Assembly: GCA_013265495.1 (NCBI GenBank)
Contig: MU057987.1
Location: forward strand, 62,001 to 126,000
Reading direction: 5' to 3'
DNA: 64,000 nt
Source: Vicugna vicugna
Lineage: Eukaryota
The notes below the pieces were generated by a model, which was not told where the DNA came from, ran no database searches, and saw only the letters and a program-made list of their open reading frames with translations. Shown here one piece after another: positions 37,519 to 51,960 of this stretch. A program made the position numbers and the translations under genes. Position 1 is the first letter of the stretch; each line of letters begins with the position of its first letter.

Positions 37519-40224
37519 ATTTTAACATAAGGGAGATAGACTTTCAGATTGAAAATTTGATAATGAATTTGTAGAAAGGGTCTGGGAGTTTCTCTGGGTA
37601 CAGAACGGACCTTGTCCTCCATTTCAGATGCCTTTTCTAACAGGGAAAGAAGTCTTCGTGCTTTCACATTTAGGCTCAGTCACGTTTGACTTTTAGGTTC
37701 CACTTTACAGGGCCCAAAATCCGAGAGCAGTTCCCATCCAAAGGATGCAGTGTTCTAGTCTCTTCTTATATACTTCCTACTCTTTCCTGGCCTCATCCCT
37801 GGCTCTCTGGTTCTAGCTGGAGCCTAAGGATGAAAAATTATTACTGTTCTAAACAATGCCAATGGCCATTTCTGCATTTCAGCTCATGAAGGTGGCCTTT
37901 TGGGGGGGAGGAAATGTACTTTCAGGGCCATTTGGCTCATAGATTTTTGAGTGGAGGGAGCGATTGAAATAATTAAGAAGAATGTACCCAGAAATAATGC
38001 GGAAGTCTTCTCCACGGTAGGGAGGGGAGTTGAACTTCTGCAGAGATTTCTTAAGGTTTGTGTAAAGGATGCAGAGTTTTCTCTGGTGGATCCAAGGACT
38101 AGGAAGAGACAGCAAAACAGAAAGACTGTGTTCCTTAGGAATGAGAAGGGCTCTGCAAAATGCCAGCAGGCTAGGATCCTGAGAGAGAGACACGCAGCAA
38201 GACATCTTTCCATCTTTGACAGAATGTGATCAGGAGACCTTTAGGAGCAAAGGTGGGGGCAGCTGAGTTCTTACTTTTGCCTCTTTGTTAATTTCCTTAC
38301 AATAGCCTCAAGCCTTAACTGAAGCTTTTTAAACACAAAAGCCTAAATTCAATGGCGCTTAGGGGAATTAAAGGTGAGGATTTGCAGGACCAGAAAAAAC
38401 AATGCAATACATAAAGCAGTCAGGAGATAGCAGGAGGAAATGGAGGCAAATGTCTGGGCGTCAGTCTTGAGGGAGAGGTGACAAGTGACACCCAGTTTGC
38501 ACTAAGCATTCCCTTTTATAAAAATTCTTAGAAAGGGCACAGGATTTCTGTATTCTTGCAGAATGAGGACTTAAGAGTCATTTTTTTTTAGGGAATATAA
38601 AAGGAAAAAATAGCCCAGAAGGCAGAAAAATATGGGGAAACTAGACTGTGTTTGTAAATTCTGGATTTCCAGTGGAAAAGCTCAGGTCTTCGACATCACT
38701 TTAATGATGCCATGGAGGCATGCATCAGCCTCATTTCCAAATGCAGCAGAAAATAAAGAGGTGAAGTAAAAGTTGAAGATTCTTTCATCTGAATTTCTGA
38801 CCTCTATGTTTATAGAATTATCTTTCTTTTCCTCCTGGCCTGATCACTTTTCCCAAGGTACTAAAGAGTGACTCATCAGGAGATCAGCGAATTTCTCAAA
38901 CAGGTGATTTCATGGCACAGAATTGTCTTTGGCTGAAGGAGCAGGGGCTCCTTTTACGTTGAACAGACCTCAGGGTCAGCAATTTTTGAATTAGGTTAGA
39001 AGATAATTTCTTGCTGACTAAACAAATCACCGCACAATATAAGTCAGACACTTTCTCTGGGCTTAAAGCAGCTCTGACTGCTCTAAGTACAAAAACAGAA
39101 TGTCGACCTTTCAACACTGACCAAGACAATAGATGAACAGCTCTGCTATGACATTTGCAATCTGCAGAACAAGGAGCTGGCGTGGCTCCACTGAATGATC
39201 ATTTGCTACATGCCAGGAATCTCAAAAAAAAAAAATGAAAGGATTTGCATTCAGTTGTTTCTGTGGCTATCAAAGTAAACTGGTCAGATGAATTATTGAT
39301 AGCCTTTGGAGCAGTGAAGCACCACTGGAATGAGAAATGATAAGCACAGAGAAGCTGTCATATTCCTCATTTCCCAAACACTCTTCACAAATCCCTCCTA
39401 CCTTGCCTTACTTACATCGCTTTCTGTCTCAAAGGATTTCTTCCCCCACAACCATCAAACCCATTTTGTTTAAAACCCATTAATTCTACCTTGTGTGACA
39501 GCGATCCCGTGGAGTCTTCTGTAAGTAATCAAACCCACAATAATTCTCTTCCTTTTCAGCACTAACCTATAAAAACTCCTGTTATTTGCATCATTAATTA
39601 CATTACCTAAAATCTATGAAGTTCCCATACAGCGTCTGAAACGTACTAGTCACCTACCCTCTCCCTACCTTCCCCCCGAAAAGACCATCGGATTCAAGTC
39701 AAAAGTTCCCATGAAATTGCTAGTTCTCTCCCCAGCTCACTTCCCTGCTGGCTCTTAGGACAGGCTGCACATGTGCGACTTCCGGCTGATTAAGAATTAT
39801 ACCTCATATGTGCTTTTCACTCTTATTCCTACCACAGTGTCAGGCACATACTAGGCAGGGTACTTTAATTATCCATCTATTAGACCTTCCAATTCCACTG
39901 TGCTCCTGGATTGCAGAATGAATGCTGCCAGAGATCAGTGTTATAAAAAGATTCTTTTCTTAATGTGATGCCGCCCGTGGTTGAGATGAAACAAGTACTG
40001 AGTGATGTGAAAACTGGCACTCACCTGTGGACTGCGCCACGGAGTGCAGAGCTCTGTGTCAAATGAAAACCATGTTTCAGATGTGTATTCAAATTTCATG
40101 TATATCTCCTGCAGGTTCATCTCTAGGTTCTCACTGTTGGACCTTTGTGTATAAATTCATAAATCCTCATAAAAAGTACACTTGACACTTGAAGAACTCA
40201 GGAGGTTACTCTGAGTCTAATTTA

Positions 40225-40373
40225 TAGTTGGCTCTCTCCACATCTGGGGTTCCTCTGCAACTGTGGGTTCAACCAAGGGTGGATCGTGTAGTACTGTAGT
40301 ATTTACTACTGAAAAATATCCATGTGTAAGCGGCCCTGTGCAGTTCACACCCACATTGTTCAAGGGTCAACTG
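40225..40373 (-). mobile_element. Tigger2a-like MITE
   Basis: Ends TTGTTCAAGGGTCAACTG (Tigger2 TIR); internal GATCGTGTAGTACTGTAGTATTTACTACTGAAAAA. Confidence 0.8.
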
Positions 40374-42344
40374 TGTATTTAAAACTCCAGGATCATGACA
40401 ATGAAAGACTTGCTCGGTCCTGAGAAGGACTCTTCAGAAGCTCTTCTTAGGGATTCCAGGAGTCCCAAGGGTGCCCTCTTTTATTCCCAGTGAAGTCCTA
40501 GGATTCACTGGACTGAATGGGTGTCAGAAATTCTGTTATGACAGGTTTCTACCAGTAACATAAATGGTGAGTCCCTTAAACTATATGGCGAGTGAAAAAC
40601 ACAGGGGAGGCAGGACTGTGTGTTTAATAGACGCCCCATCCTCCACCCTCTGTTTGAACTAAATATTTTAAAGAAATGTTTTAGAGCAGAGAATTCACAG
40701 ACTTTAAGGCACTCCTGTACTTCTTTATGGACTAAGAACATTTTTGTTGCTGCTTTTAAGAAACTAATTTTAGTTATATGTACACATCATAGGCTTAGCG
40801 AAGTAGAGCGAAAGAAAATGATGTACATGCATAGCTGATTTGCCAGAAAATCTAGATCATTCACACCAAAAAAAAAAAAAGAAAAGAAAAAAAAAAGCCC
40901 ATAAAATGTATCATTCTAACTCCTGAATTTTTAAGATGATGAAATCTGTGTAGACCACGGCTTCATAAAAAATAAAAAGGTGCAATTTATCAGCTGCAGA
41001 ACAGTTATAAAACCCGATAGTCTTTAGGTATACATATCAGATGGAGAAGCTCTTTAATATAATTACGCTCTTTCAGCCTCATCGACTCCCATTGATTAAA
41101 AACTTTCTTCCCCATAAATGGTTCTTCTAAGTTTATACCCCTCTGTCCTCAGATGCTATTTGCCTCCACGGTTGTCTTTTCTTGGCAATGCCGTCCTTCC
41201 AAGTGTGCGTTTACCAAAGCTCAGCTGCAGAATTTTGGTGCCTCTGTATTTTGTGTAGGATTTTAAACCTACTCCCTGCTGTAGTCTTTAGAGGCACATT
41301 TGTTGATCCACAATTGAATAATGACACTGAGCAACTGCTTTTCTAGAGAATATAGCCCATAACAGAATTTCTTAAATTCATATTTTCAGTTACTTGCTAC
41401 AGAGACATACAGATTCACTTTACTGCTTTCTTTAACCACCCCCGACCATGCCTTTGGCACTGAAAACCCACTTAGCAAAAGAGAAATTACACCTATACAT
41501 TTAAACTCAGGATACTGGAGAGTTTCCAAGTATAAAATTTATTTTTTAAGTACACCTTTTAAAACAACTAAAATATTAGGAAACAGCCGTTGAAATGCAA
41601 CGTGAAAGACGGGCAGGAAACTTTACCAGCATGATGGATGGGTCCCTTGCTTATTCCTCTGTGAATGGCTGGTGATCATAATCACTATTATAGCTTGGTG
41701 GCAACAAAAAGGATTATTTCTTTTGTCTTGGAATTTCAGGATGAGCATATTTGTTCAGAGAATGAAGGGGACCAAATTAGACCGAGCTACTAGGGCATAA
41801 TAAATTCACAGCAATCACAAGCCAATGTTCTTTAATTCTTAAGACACTATCAACTTTAAATATTCTGATCCTCTCATAGTTAGCTGGCTTATCCTTTCGT
41901 CCTTATTGAATTAACTGCCTTTTCTTGTACATTGTCTCCTGAGGGGACCTCATTTTAAATCTTTTCAGTTTAATTCCATTAATTGGCATATTGTCTGGTC
42001 TCCCGTTCTCCTCCTGGGTCTTGAACTTATGTTCCCCTCAGTTCTTAACCTCCTTAGCTGTATTTCGCAGCTTTGAATGACAACGCACTTACTCTGCAGA
42101 CAAAGCATGTGCATCCTTATCTTTCTCTTCCAGGCTAATGTTTAACAATGAATTCACAATCCTGGCAGTTTATCAGCCCTTTAAATAAACCCAAGTGCAG
42201 AGTTCCTTGACTGTAAAGCCATCATCCTGAAATCCAGGGATATTGGCTCACTAATTGGAGCATAATTTGAAAGCTAACAATTCTACATTATAGTAAATGG
42301 ATCAAACGTAGATATCATTTGTCCTTTCAGGTCTTCCTGCCTAG

Positions 42345-42570
42345 GACCGAGGCAGATCTGAAGTCACACTCCCTTGGATTTATATCTCTTATTCACCATC
42401 TACTAGCTAGGTAATTTTGGGCAGATACCTTCAATATTTTCTTCTTCAAAATGGGAGAGAAAGTAAAAATTCATTCCAAAACACAGTGTTGTGATGAGGA
42501 TTTGATAGGATAATTCTTGTAGAATGCTTAACATAATATCTGTGCACCTGGTAAATAATCAAAGCTAGCT
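42345..42570 (+). mobile_element. MIR SINE
   Basis: CTACTAGCTAGGTAATTTTGGGCAGATAC...GTTGTGATGAGGATT...ATGCTTAACATAAT. Confidence 0.55.
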
Positions 42571-45129
42571 ATCATCAGCACAATTACTGTAAAATACTAC
42601 TGTACCCATTAGTGCTGTATTTACAGCCTTCCTGCAAAGTACAGCTTTGATCACCTTACCTGAGACCTCAGATTCCACATGCAGAATGTCACCTTGGGAC
42701 TTTATACAACTTATTTGTTGCTTATTTTCACCACCATTGCCATTGTAACCATCCCTCCCATTTAATTAAATAGCAAGTCCCTTAAATAGAGAGATCATAT
42801 CATACCTCTTTACCAATGCAGCCTTAGCACAATGACTTCCTCCCACAGAAAAGGTGGTATAACCATTTGTTATCAACAATAAGTGTGTGGAGAATCAGAT
42901 TTTATTTTTAACTTATTTTTGGGAAGAAGACCAAAATGAGAAGCAGATGGCAGGTTATCACAAGGAGATGTAAGCAAGATTATGGAGATACTTGTCGGGG
43001 AAGTTTAGGGAAAGAAGAGGAGAGATGAGCCTATCTTTGGGCTGGTCTTGATTATCCATAGATGGTAAAAAGAATAATGAATGATAAACACAGATCATAA
43101 TGCCCATCTTCACAAAATTCCACTTTATAATTGGATAATCTCATTGCATTCAATTATCAAATACTTTCAAAAAGGATTTGTAACATAATCTAATATATAT
43201 TTCAGAAAACAACCCATAAAAGAGATTGATATCCAGCCTGTTGATAACTGTCAGGTGCCTCCCTGATAACACTAAAACAGGATGCCAAGATGTGTTTCAT
43301 TACTTGGGTTATAAAAATGATTTTAATGGATGGTATCCTTAAGGAGTTTATGTCTTAGAGAGATCAAAATTCTCAAGAAAAACTCCAAACTCACCCAGTT
43401 TTCTAGGGAAGCTCTAGGAATGACACGCAGCATATCTGGATTAATAGAGCTACTCAAGAATCAAGTGTTCTCCCAACACGAGAATTTATAGTTTAACCTT
43501 AGTTCAGTCTATCATGGGTTCATTCTTATGTCATCTCCATTTCTTCTCATTAACATATTTCTTTTGGTATAAAAATAATAATAGCCAAAAAATTAATTCA
43601 AACGTTTTGTATTATCTACTTAGAAAATAATGCATTTTTCATATCTACAACTACTTGAATGTAACTCTTTTATGGCCCTTGAAATTAAATTAGATAGCCG
43701 GCTCCTTACAACTTTGAATGGATGGCAAAACAGCTATCATATAAATATGGCGACTCTAGGAAAATTAAGTGGTTGTAAATCATGTCTCAGGCCAGTCATT
43801 TCACAGAGTCAAGACACACAGCTGATGAAATTAGCAAGCAGGAAACAGTCCTCAGGTGGGCAAGTCCCCTTGATTGTATTCGGCAGCTGTGCTCATCAAC
43901 CCAGGGGCCATCCTACCTTACTCATAAATTTCTCTCGGCTGGCTCCTGCCATAGACTCTTGTATCTACTGTCCTGAGATTCTTTGTCCCTTCCAGCTAGT
44001 TCCCAACTGCTTTTTCAGAAATGGACACTTTTCTCTCCATTGTTCTCCAAAGCACAGTTACTGCAAGCATACAATTAAAAAAAATGTTTTTGTTGTTTCA
44101 CCTGATGATTGAGTTAGCATAAGTGACTTACAACTCAGAAATGGAGCGCTTATGTGAGATATCAGACATCACTGCTCCTGAAATTGAACAGTCATGCCTT
44201 CTAAGTGTCATTCATTTAATTGCAGATGTTAGTTTATCTCTTATAAGTGGAAGCCTTCTGCTCATGATCTCTCTCCCTCAAGTCTAGAAAACCCCTTTGC
44301 CCTTTTCCAACCTAGCTGAAAGAAGGTTAAAACAATTATCATTGTAAAAATCTATGCAGGGACACCCTGATACAATGAAAACAATGATGTACATTTTAAA
44401 GCTGATACTCTGAACATCTACATTTGGATCACCTCCCCTATTTGGGGCTTTCCCAGCAATTTGGGGAGGCAAAAAACCCCAAATGAATGTTTTTACTTTA
44501 TAAATTTATGAATAAATTGAGGGCCTGGCCTCAAGAAGAAATTCTAGCTTCTACTCCGCAATGTAGAAATTAACCCCTCACCTATTAGTGTGCCAGGTGC
44601 CATGGTTCTAAAATCCAGGCTCCAACTCTAGTTGGAAAACAGCATCAGCTTCTGAATAAAAATGCAGCTTGCTCATGCTGTTTAGGAATCTACAGTGCTA
44701 CTGACATCCAGCATCAACGGACCTTCGCCAAAGAACCAAGGGACCATGGAAGCTGTCTAGTTGGGCCACTCATTTTACTTTGGAACAAATGAAACCTGAG
44801 AAGATACCTGAGGTTACTTTACAAGTCAATGGTCCAACCAAAGACAAAGGCTTTGGTTTTAAACCACTGTACATTGATAGCAACACCTAGGGTGATGGTG
44901 AGCTCTGAAGCTTAAATATGGGGGTGGTTATTTAGGAAGTCCATGACCCTAATTCTTTAGGGATTTTTCTAGATCTCTTATCTAAGTGCCTGTGTTGCTT
45001 CTAAAATGTTTAGAAGCTGTAGTATCCATGTTAGAGCTCTCTTTGACACTAGTGCTCCTTAACAAGTCAAGAAAAATATTTCATTAATGCCTGTGTTCAA
45101 AAGTCCTACCCTTTCGTGTAGTCAACTGA

Positions 45130-46715
45130 ATCTTATCTTAGATTTTGGTCAGTGTGCTTCCCTTTACTACAGAATTCCTCAAAACAGCTGCCTATCATCA
45201 CAGATTTCAATTCCTCTGCTCCCATCTGCTCTAAACCCCACTCCAATGAGATTTTCATTCCAATCTTTATTTTAAAGCTCTCTGGCCAACGTTGCCAATG
45301 ACTCCATGTTACTTATGATTGCTACTTAATCAATCAATGGTTGATCTTTAATCCTCTTCTTTCTTGATTTGTCAGCAGTGTCTGAATAGTTGATCACTCC
45401 CTACCTCTTTCTACACCTGGTTTCTACAACACTCTCCTGGTTTTTGTCCCACCTCACCTTCCACTCCTCCTTACTTTCCTTTACTCATTCTTCCCTCTCC
45501 CTGCTAACCGTCCCCTGCTGGAGTGCTAGAGATCACTTCTTGGGTCTTTTCTACTCCACAGTCTTCACCTTCATGATCTTTCTCAGTTGTATGACTAGAT
45601 ATCTTCATGATTCCCAAATGAACACACGTAGAAGAGAGCTTGGATCTCTTCTCCAATCTCTGGACTTGGATATTCACTTACTTCTGGGCATCTCCAATAA
45701 ATACCTGGTGGGAATCACACCCTTAACATTTTTAAAAGCAAACTCTTATTTCCACCTCCATCCCCTCAGACTTGCTTCTTTGGTGGTTCTCTCCATCTGA
45801 GTTAATGGCAATCACATAGTTCTAGTTGCTCAGGCCCCAGATTTGGATCGCCCTTGATTTCTTTCTCTTTTGTAGGCAGCACTGAACACATCAGCAAATT
45901 TTGACTATATTACGTACTCAATAGTATATACACAATAGTCAGTATTATACCTATTATATTAGATATTCTAAGTATACTGAGACTCTGGCCTCTCCTCAAA
46001 GCATCAACTACTACCACCTTGGTCCTAGCCTGGATTATTGTGGTATCTTCTTAAAAGTTCTCTCTGCTTTTGCCCTTGCCCACCTACCCGCCTCCACGAC
46101 ATATTTAACATGCAAACCAGAAAGAATCTGATGATATATTCAGATTCTGTCAGTGTTTTGCTCCGGATTCTCCAGGGCTCTCCATCTCAGAGTAAATGTT
46201 ACACTCTTGATGACTTGCAGGGCCCTACATGTTCTGCCTACCTCTCCCACCACCTCTCTGAATCTGACTCCTGGCCACCCCCTCATTCATTCTTCTCCAT
46301 CACACTAGCCTTCTTGTAGTTTCAGAATTTTTAGTTTCCTCTGCCTGGACCTCTTTTCCTCAAGATATCTGCCTAATTTCTTCCCTCCTTTTACTCAAAC
46401 CTTTGTTCAGTACCTCCGTTTTCAAGGATGCCTTCTCTCATCACCTTATTTTAATTTCTACTTCACCTTACCCTGCTCCCTGCCTTTATGTCACCTCCTG
46501 TACCCCTCCTGTATACCGCTTCCTCCTTGACCATCTTCTAAAGTTCCATGTGATTTTCATGCTTATTGCCTATCTCCATCCCCACTTAGGAAGTAAGCTG
46601 CATGTAGGCAGAATGTTTTGGGGTTTTTTCAAATCCCTTTTGTTTATTGCAATCTAGGTAGTACTGGGTGTTGAGTTAGTTAGTGCTTAATATTTCTGAT
46701 GAATTAATGAATGGA
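45130..46715 (+). mobile_element. L2a LINE 3' portion (~1.6 kb)
   Basis: Pyrimidine-rich L2 blocks (GCCAATGACTCCATGTT, GTTGATCACTCCCT, TTAATGGCAA...TAGTTGCTCAGGCC, CCTCTGCCTGGA, GTAAGCTGCATGTAGGCAG) ending ATGAATTAATGAATG. Confidence 0.85.
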
Positions 46716-49429
46716 CAGTGATTACTAGTGCAGTAGTTAATTTAAATGAGAAAACACAAAACGGAGGCAATCTGAGACCTTGAGTACCCTTGGTTGGTAT
46801 CTTGAGTCTAAATGATGTGGGCTTTTTTCTAGGAGGTAGATGTCATCAGCCTTTGGATACCCAGGGGTCTGAAATCAATTAGATGATGTATCAAACACAC
46901 GAAAATCTGTACTTTTAAGTAGTAGTTTAGAAAATTACACTACAATGTTAGACTTTTTCAGAGAATTCATAAATAGTGAATGCTTCTGAGGGGATTCTGT
47001 GATTATAAAATTTCCAAATGCAATTGTGTATTTGGTTAGGAAAACTCATCTGAACTTGACCTTGCAGAAGAGGGCATATTTTAGATCACCTAATAAATAA
47101 AATGTACCTGCATTTAAACTTTTCCTCCACAGAAATGTTAAAAGGAAAGGTTTCAAAACATAAATCCAGTACCCGAGTGAATTGGCTGCAGTTTTATGAT
47201 CAATAATAAAAGCTGTCGTCTGGTTTGTCAATTATACACAAACTAGGAGGTCTTCACGGAGGTCCCGACACAAAGGACTTCAGTGACTCACAAAGAGCCT
47301 ACATTAGAGTATGTGTCAAGGAACAGCTAATTAATAAGTGCCTGACATTAACGTAAATTAATGACATTATGGAATACAGGGACAAGCTGCAACTGAGGAT
47401 TTACATAATCACTCATTATAGTCCCCTATTGTCTTTCAGGTCAATAGCGTGCATTTTTAAGACATGCTAATGCATATTTACTCATTAAGCTGCAATGTCT
47501 TCTAAGAGAGAGTGTGGGTCTCTGGTTGAATTAATTCATATTCAAACATTGAGCAGATAACTGTTTTACAGATTGGAAGTAAAACACATAAATTCAAAGA
47601 TGTGGATGAGATAGAGGTCATTTAGAAAAGTCTTTGTATTTCTTATTTGTCTTGTGGAAATAGCTTGTGATCTACAAAAACATCATCATAATTAGAGGCT
47701 CCATTGAGACAGGGTCGTAGATCTCTATTTGCCTGGGATTACCTGAAAAGACTGTGAAGGGGATCTTTGGCAAGCCTGGAGGGAGGAGGCAAAGGGTGGG
47801 AAGCGGGGAAGAAGAGATACATTTGTTACCTTTTATTTGGTCATAAAAGCACAGCAGAGTCTCAAAGCTGCATGCCAACAGTGATGAGAACAAATTATTC
47901 CAGGTCCTACGGATTCTCTATGACCCTTAAAAGTGAAAAATCACTAAGTGGTAATTACATTTGACACTCTGAAGTAAACAGTCTAATTTTTTTGCTTCTA
48001 AATTACCACAATCTATCACAAAAATAAATGCAAAATGAGGCTTGCTACTTTGATAAGGCCAATAATATTGACCTATTTGTTTATATAAATCCAATGCTCC
48101 CTAAACAATGTTCTAGCCAGAGAGACTTACCCCTACTTATTCCAAGAGCAAATTTCCTCTGTGCTACAGTGTGTTTTCATACGTGTCTAGGGGCTAGTCT
48201 GATGGTAAAGTCTTTACAGCCCAGCCTGGAACACGAAAGTTACACGGTGAACAATGCCTCTGGTCATTGCCAAAGTCACCTAGACATGGAAGCTAAACAC
48301 TGACTTAGCTCACTGACAATGATAGAGGTCAAACTCCTGCTTTTAAGATGCATGAAAAACTGGGTAGATTTTTTTTCTCTTAAAAGTCAAACGAAATGTT
48401 TTCAGATTCCCAAATAGCTGTATCTTTTTGGATGAATGGCTTTTCCTGCTTTAGCGAAGTGGCAGAGCTCAATATGGGGGAATTCATCATATCATGGTAG
48501 ACATGCTTTTAAAATAGGCTGCAGGGCAATGCTGTCACAGCATTTGGCTGCACCAACACTTCATTTAAGGATCAGCGTTAATCCCTCATTTGCATGGACA
48601 CTGGCTTCTCTCCTCGAATGACATTAATAGACATTATAAATCTACTTTTTCCTTGCTAGCACTATGCCAAGATAAAATGCTATGGGAAAGAATTATACGG
48701 GAATTGCTGTGGACAGCCAGCCTATGTGTACAGTCAGCATCATTCAATGTCCCTGCCAGTCAGAATTTGATAACTCAAAGGTGGGATGTAGAATACACAA
48801 AAAATAATAATAAAAAATTTGCCAAAATTAAGAAAAGGCTGATGCATAAAAACAGACGATCTTAAATGACTGTGGTTGGGAAAGATGGCATCGTAAGGTT
48901 TTCATATTACTTGTGGTTCAGAGAAGAATTGAAGGGAGATGATAAAATGGGGTAAAATGTGTAATAATGAATGACATCTAGAAAAAGAGTGTGTGGGGTC
49001 AAAAGCATTAGATAATTTTAATTAGTAAATTCTATAAAGTTGAGGGCTGTGCCCTGGATGAAACTGTGGTAGTAGCCATTTTTAATTCCACTGGAACACA
49101 CGTGGAGGACCATATTTCCTTAAGACACAAGTAGAGAAGGGAGAAACAAAGCAGATTTTAGTCCAATCCCCACAGAAACTTTCTATATAGTCATTGAAGT
49201 AGGTCTCTGAAAAACGGAACTTCACATGGAAATCAGCTGGATCCAGATCCACAGTGATATTCACAGCGGCCAGCCTCCATGCCAGATAGTCCTCTATATG
49301 CTTGGAGTTTGAGGTTAGTTCACTTTTATCACTCTTCCACAGGATATATCTTGCCTGAAGCCTCTTTTTTTTTTCTTTAAGAACTATTCTCAAGTAGATC
49401 TAAGGAGCAGTTTTCAAAATCGTTAGAAG

Positions 49430-51390
49430 TTTCTACTTCCTGGTTATATGGATTGGTTTGTGGCAGGCCAATGCACACACTGAGAGCAACTAAAAGAAGC
49501 TGTATAAAACACAAAACTCATCTTTTGAAAGGTGTCAGAGAATGAGGGAGTTAAGATTCCATAGAAAAGAGAACCACCATGAGTAGTGAGCTTTGCCCTG
49601 GGGGCACGTGCCGTTTCTGAGTGTGGGACAGAGACAGGGTATCTCAGATCTGTCCGGGGACAGAGCAATTGTTGGGGAGAGAGGAACCATGAGGACCTGT
49701 GAAGGGTTTATGGGGCTGGGGTGATAAAACTGGAGAGTTGAGTGGCCTCCAAATTCTGGCAGATTTCCCCCTTACATCATTTGGGGGAATTCTGAAGGTA
49801 CACAGACTGGTAGAATAAAAAGCTAAGCCACAGACCTCTGAGAAGCAGAAGGAAATTTTCTTACTTTGGTGATATTGAGAAAACAAAGATTAGAGTTCAG
49901 AACCCGTCAGAGGGAAGCACCTCAATAAATGCACTGGGCTCTTATTTGAAAGCCCTGGAGAGCTATGATCTAGGAACAGGGGTGAACAAGAGGTAAATGC
50001 ATTCTTACCAAACAACAGACCAACTTAACTGTTCCCTGACTGGATGAAGGTGAGTAGCTCCCTAACCCCACCTGCTGAGAAAGGGAAAATGTTATTCCTC
50101 TTCAGAAAAAGGTAAAATCATTTGTAGCCGCTGTAGTTATTTTATACAAAATGTCTATCATTCCATATTAAAAAAATTCCTAGAAAATGCAAAGAGACAG
50201 GACCATTTAACCAAGACAAAGAAAAAAACTTCACAAATATCCAGATATTAAAGATAGTAAACAAAGATTTAAAAGTAACTATAATTATTATGTTCTAGGA
50301 AATAGAGGAAAAAATGGGAAAATTGATAAAAAGATAACTTTATCAAATTGGAATCTTAAAAATAATCAAGTAGAAATTCCAGGCCTGAAATAAACAATAT
50401 CTAAAATTTATTAGATGAGTTAACAACGGCAAACAGAGCAAGAGACAAGATTAGTGAACTGAAAGATGATGTGAAAATGTATCTTCTACTTAACATTTTG
50501 CTAGAGATACTAATCAGTGCAATAAAGCAAGAAATTAGAATAAAAGGCATAATGATTGAAAAGGAGAACAGAATGCTCATTAACTGCAAATGACCAGACT
50601 GTGGACCTAGAAAATGCAAAGAGTCTACAACTATTAGAATTAATGTCAATTTAGCAAGGCCACTAGATATGGATACTATAGAAAATTCAACTGTATTTTT
50701 ACATATTGGCAATGAACTGATAGAAAATGAAGTTTTCACATTTTTACACAGCACCCAAAACTTCCAATATATAGGAATAAATCAAATGAAAACAATAATT
50801 CAACAGAAGTTATAGAGAAATCTTAGAGACCCAAGTAAATGATGAGACATACCATGTTCATGAATTAGATTCATTATTGCAAAGATATATCCCAGGTTGA
50901 TTTATGAAGTTAACAAATTATGATCAAATTCCCAGAAGTTTTGTGGTGTCATGTGCACAAATTGACAAGTTGGTTTTAAAATCTACAAGGAAATCCAAAG
51001 GCCTAAGAATGGTCCAGGCAATAATGAAAAAGAACAAATCTAGAGGAATTACTTAAACTACCAAGTATCAGATTTTCTACACAACCATAACAATTAAAAC
51101 AGTGTGGTATTAGTGCAAGGAGAGACAAATAGACCAATAGGCTAGAAATACACTAGAAAGCCCACATGAATAGGGTTACTTGATTTATTACAATAGTTAC
51201 ATTGCAGTACAATGGGGAAAAGATGGTCTATTTCCTAAATGGTGCCAATTCAGTTCAATATCCATATATTTTTTAAAATTAATTTCTACTTTTATCTTGT
51301 AGCACACTCAGAAATCAATTTTAGATTGATTGAAAGTCTAAATGAATAAATAATAAGGCTTCGAAGATCACATGTGAAAATGCCTTCAGA
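49430..51390 (+). mobile_element. Old L1M, 5' region, ORF1 remnant and fused ORF2 remnant
   Basis: ATTAGTGAACTGAAAGAT (ORF1), GCAATAAAGCAAGAA, ACCATGTTCATGAATT, AAAACAGTGTGGTATTAG, AAATAGACCAAT. Confidence 0.8.
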
Positions 51391-51734
51391 CTTTTGGCTC
51401 TAAGCTGACCTGGAGAGATTGAGATCATCAGCAGAATCTGGGGTAGAGGAGAGCTGGCTGGCTCATCCAAGCTCGTGAGGTCCCAGGCAGTCTCACTGTG
51501 CCTTCTGGACTAAAATGTGGGTGTGCCTGGGAGCCAGGATAGAGATAGTACCCAGATCCCAGATGCAAGGAGGTCCTGGTGATACAGGAAATAATGAAAT
51601 TCACCATAAAATTCAGGCCCATGTGGCAAATCAAAATCTGAGATTCAGACCAGCACACACCCTCACCATCCCAACTTTGCAACCTTCAGTCAACTTGGCA
51701 GTAATAATAAAAACAATAATTTTTTAAAAAAACA

Positions 51735-51960
51735 GCTAGCATTATTAAAGGGCTTATTCTGTACTAGTCCCATTATGTGTGTTTCATGTTTTAATTCACT
51801 TGATCTCCACAAAACTCTAAATGGATTTATTGCTATTATACCCACTTTGCAGATGAATATCTTGAGGCACAAAAAGGTGAAATAACTTGCCCAAGTTCTT
51901 AGAAATAATTACTGGTGGAGCCAGGGTTGAAACCCAGGCAGTTTAGTTCCCAGGAGAACA
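51735..51960 (-). mobile_element. MIR SINE
   Basis: ATTATACCCACTTTGCAGATGA...TGAGGCACAAAAAGGTGAAATAACTTGCCCAAG...TTGAAACCCAGGCAGT. Confidence 0.85.

Noticed and set aside
43630..44112. 160-aa ORF
   Set aside because: No motif or family resemblance; composition looks like translated intron.
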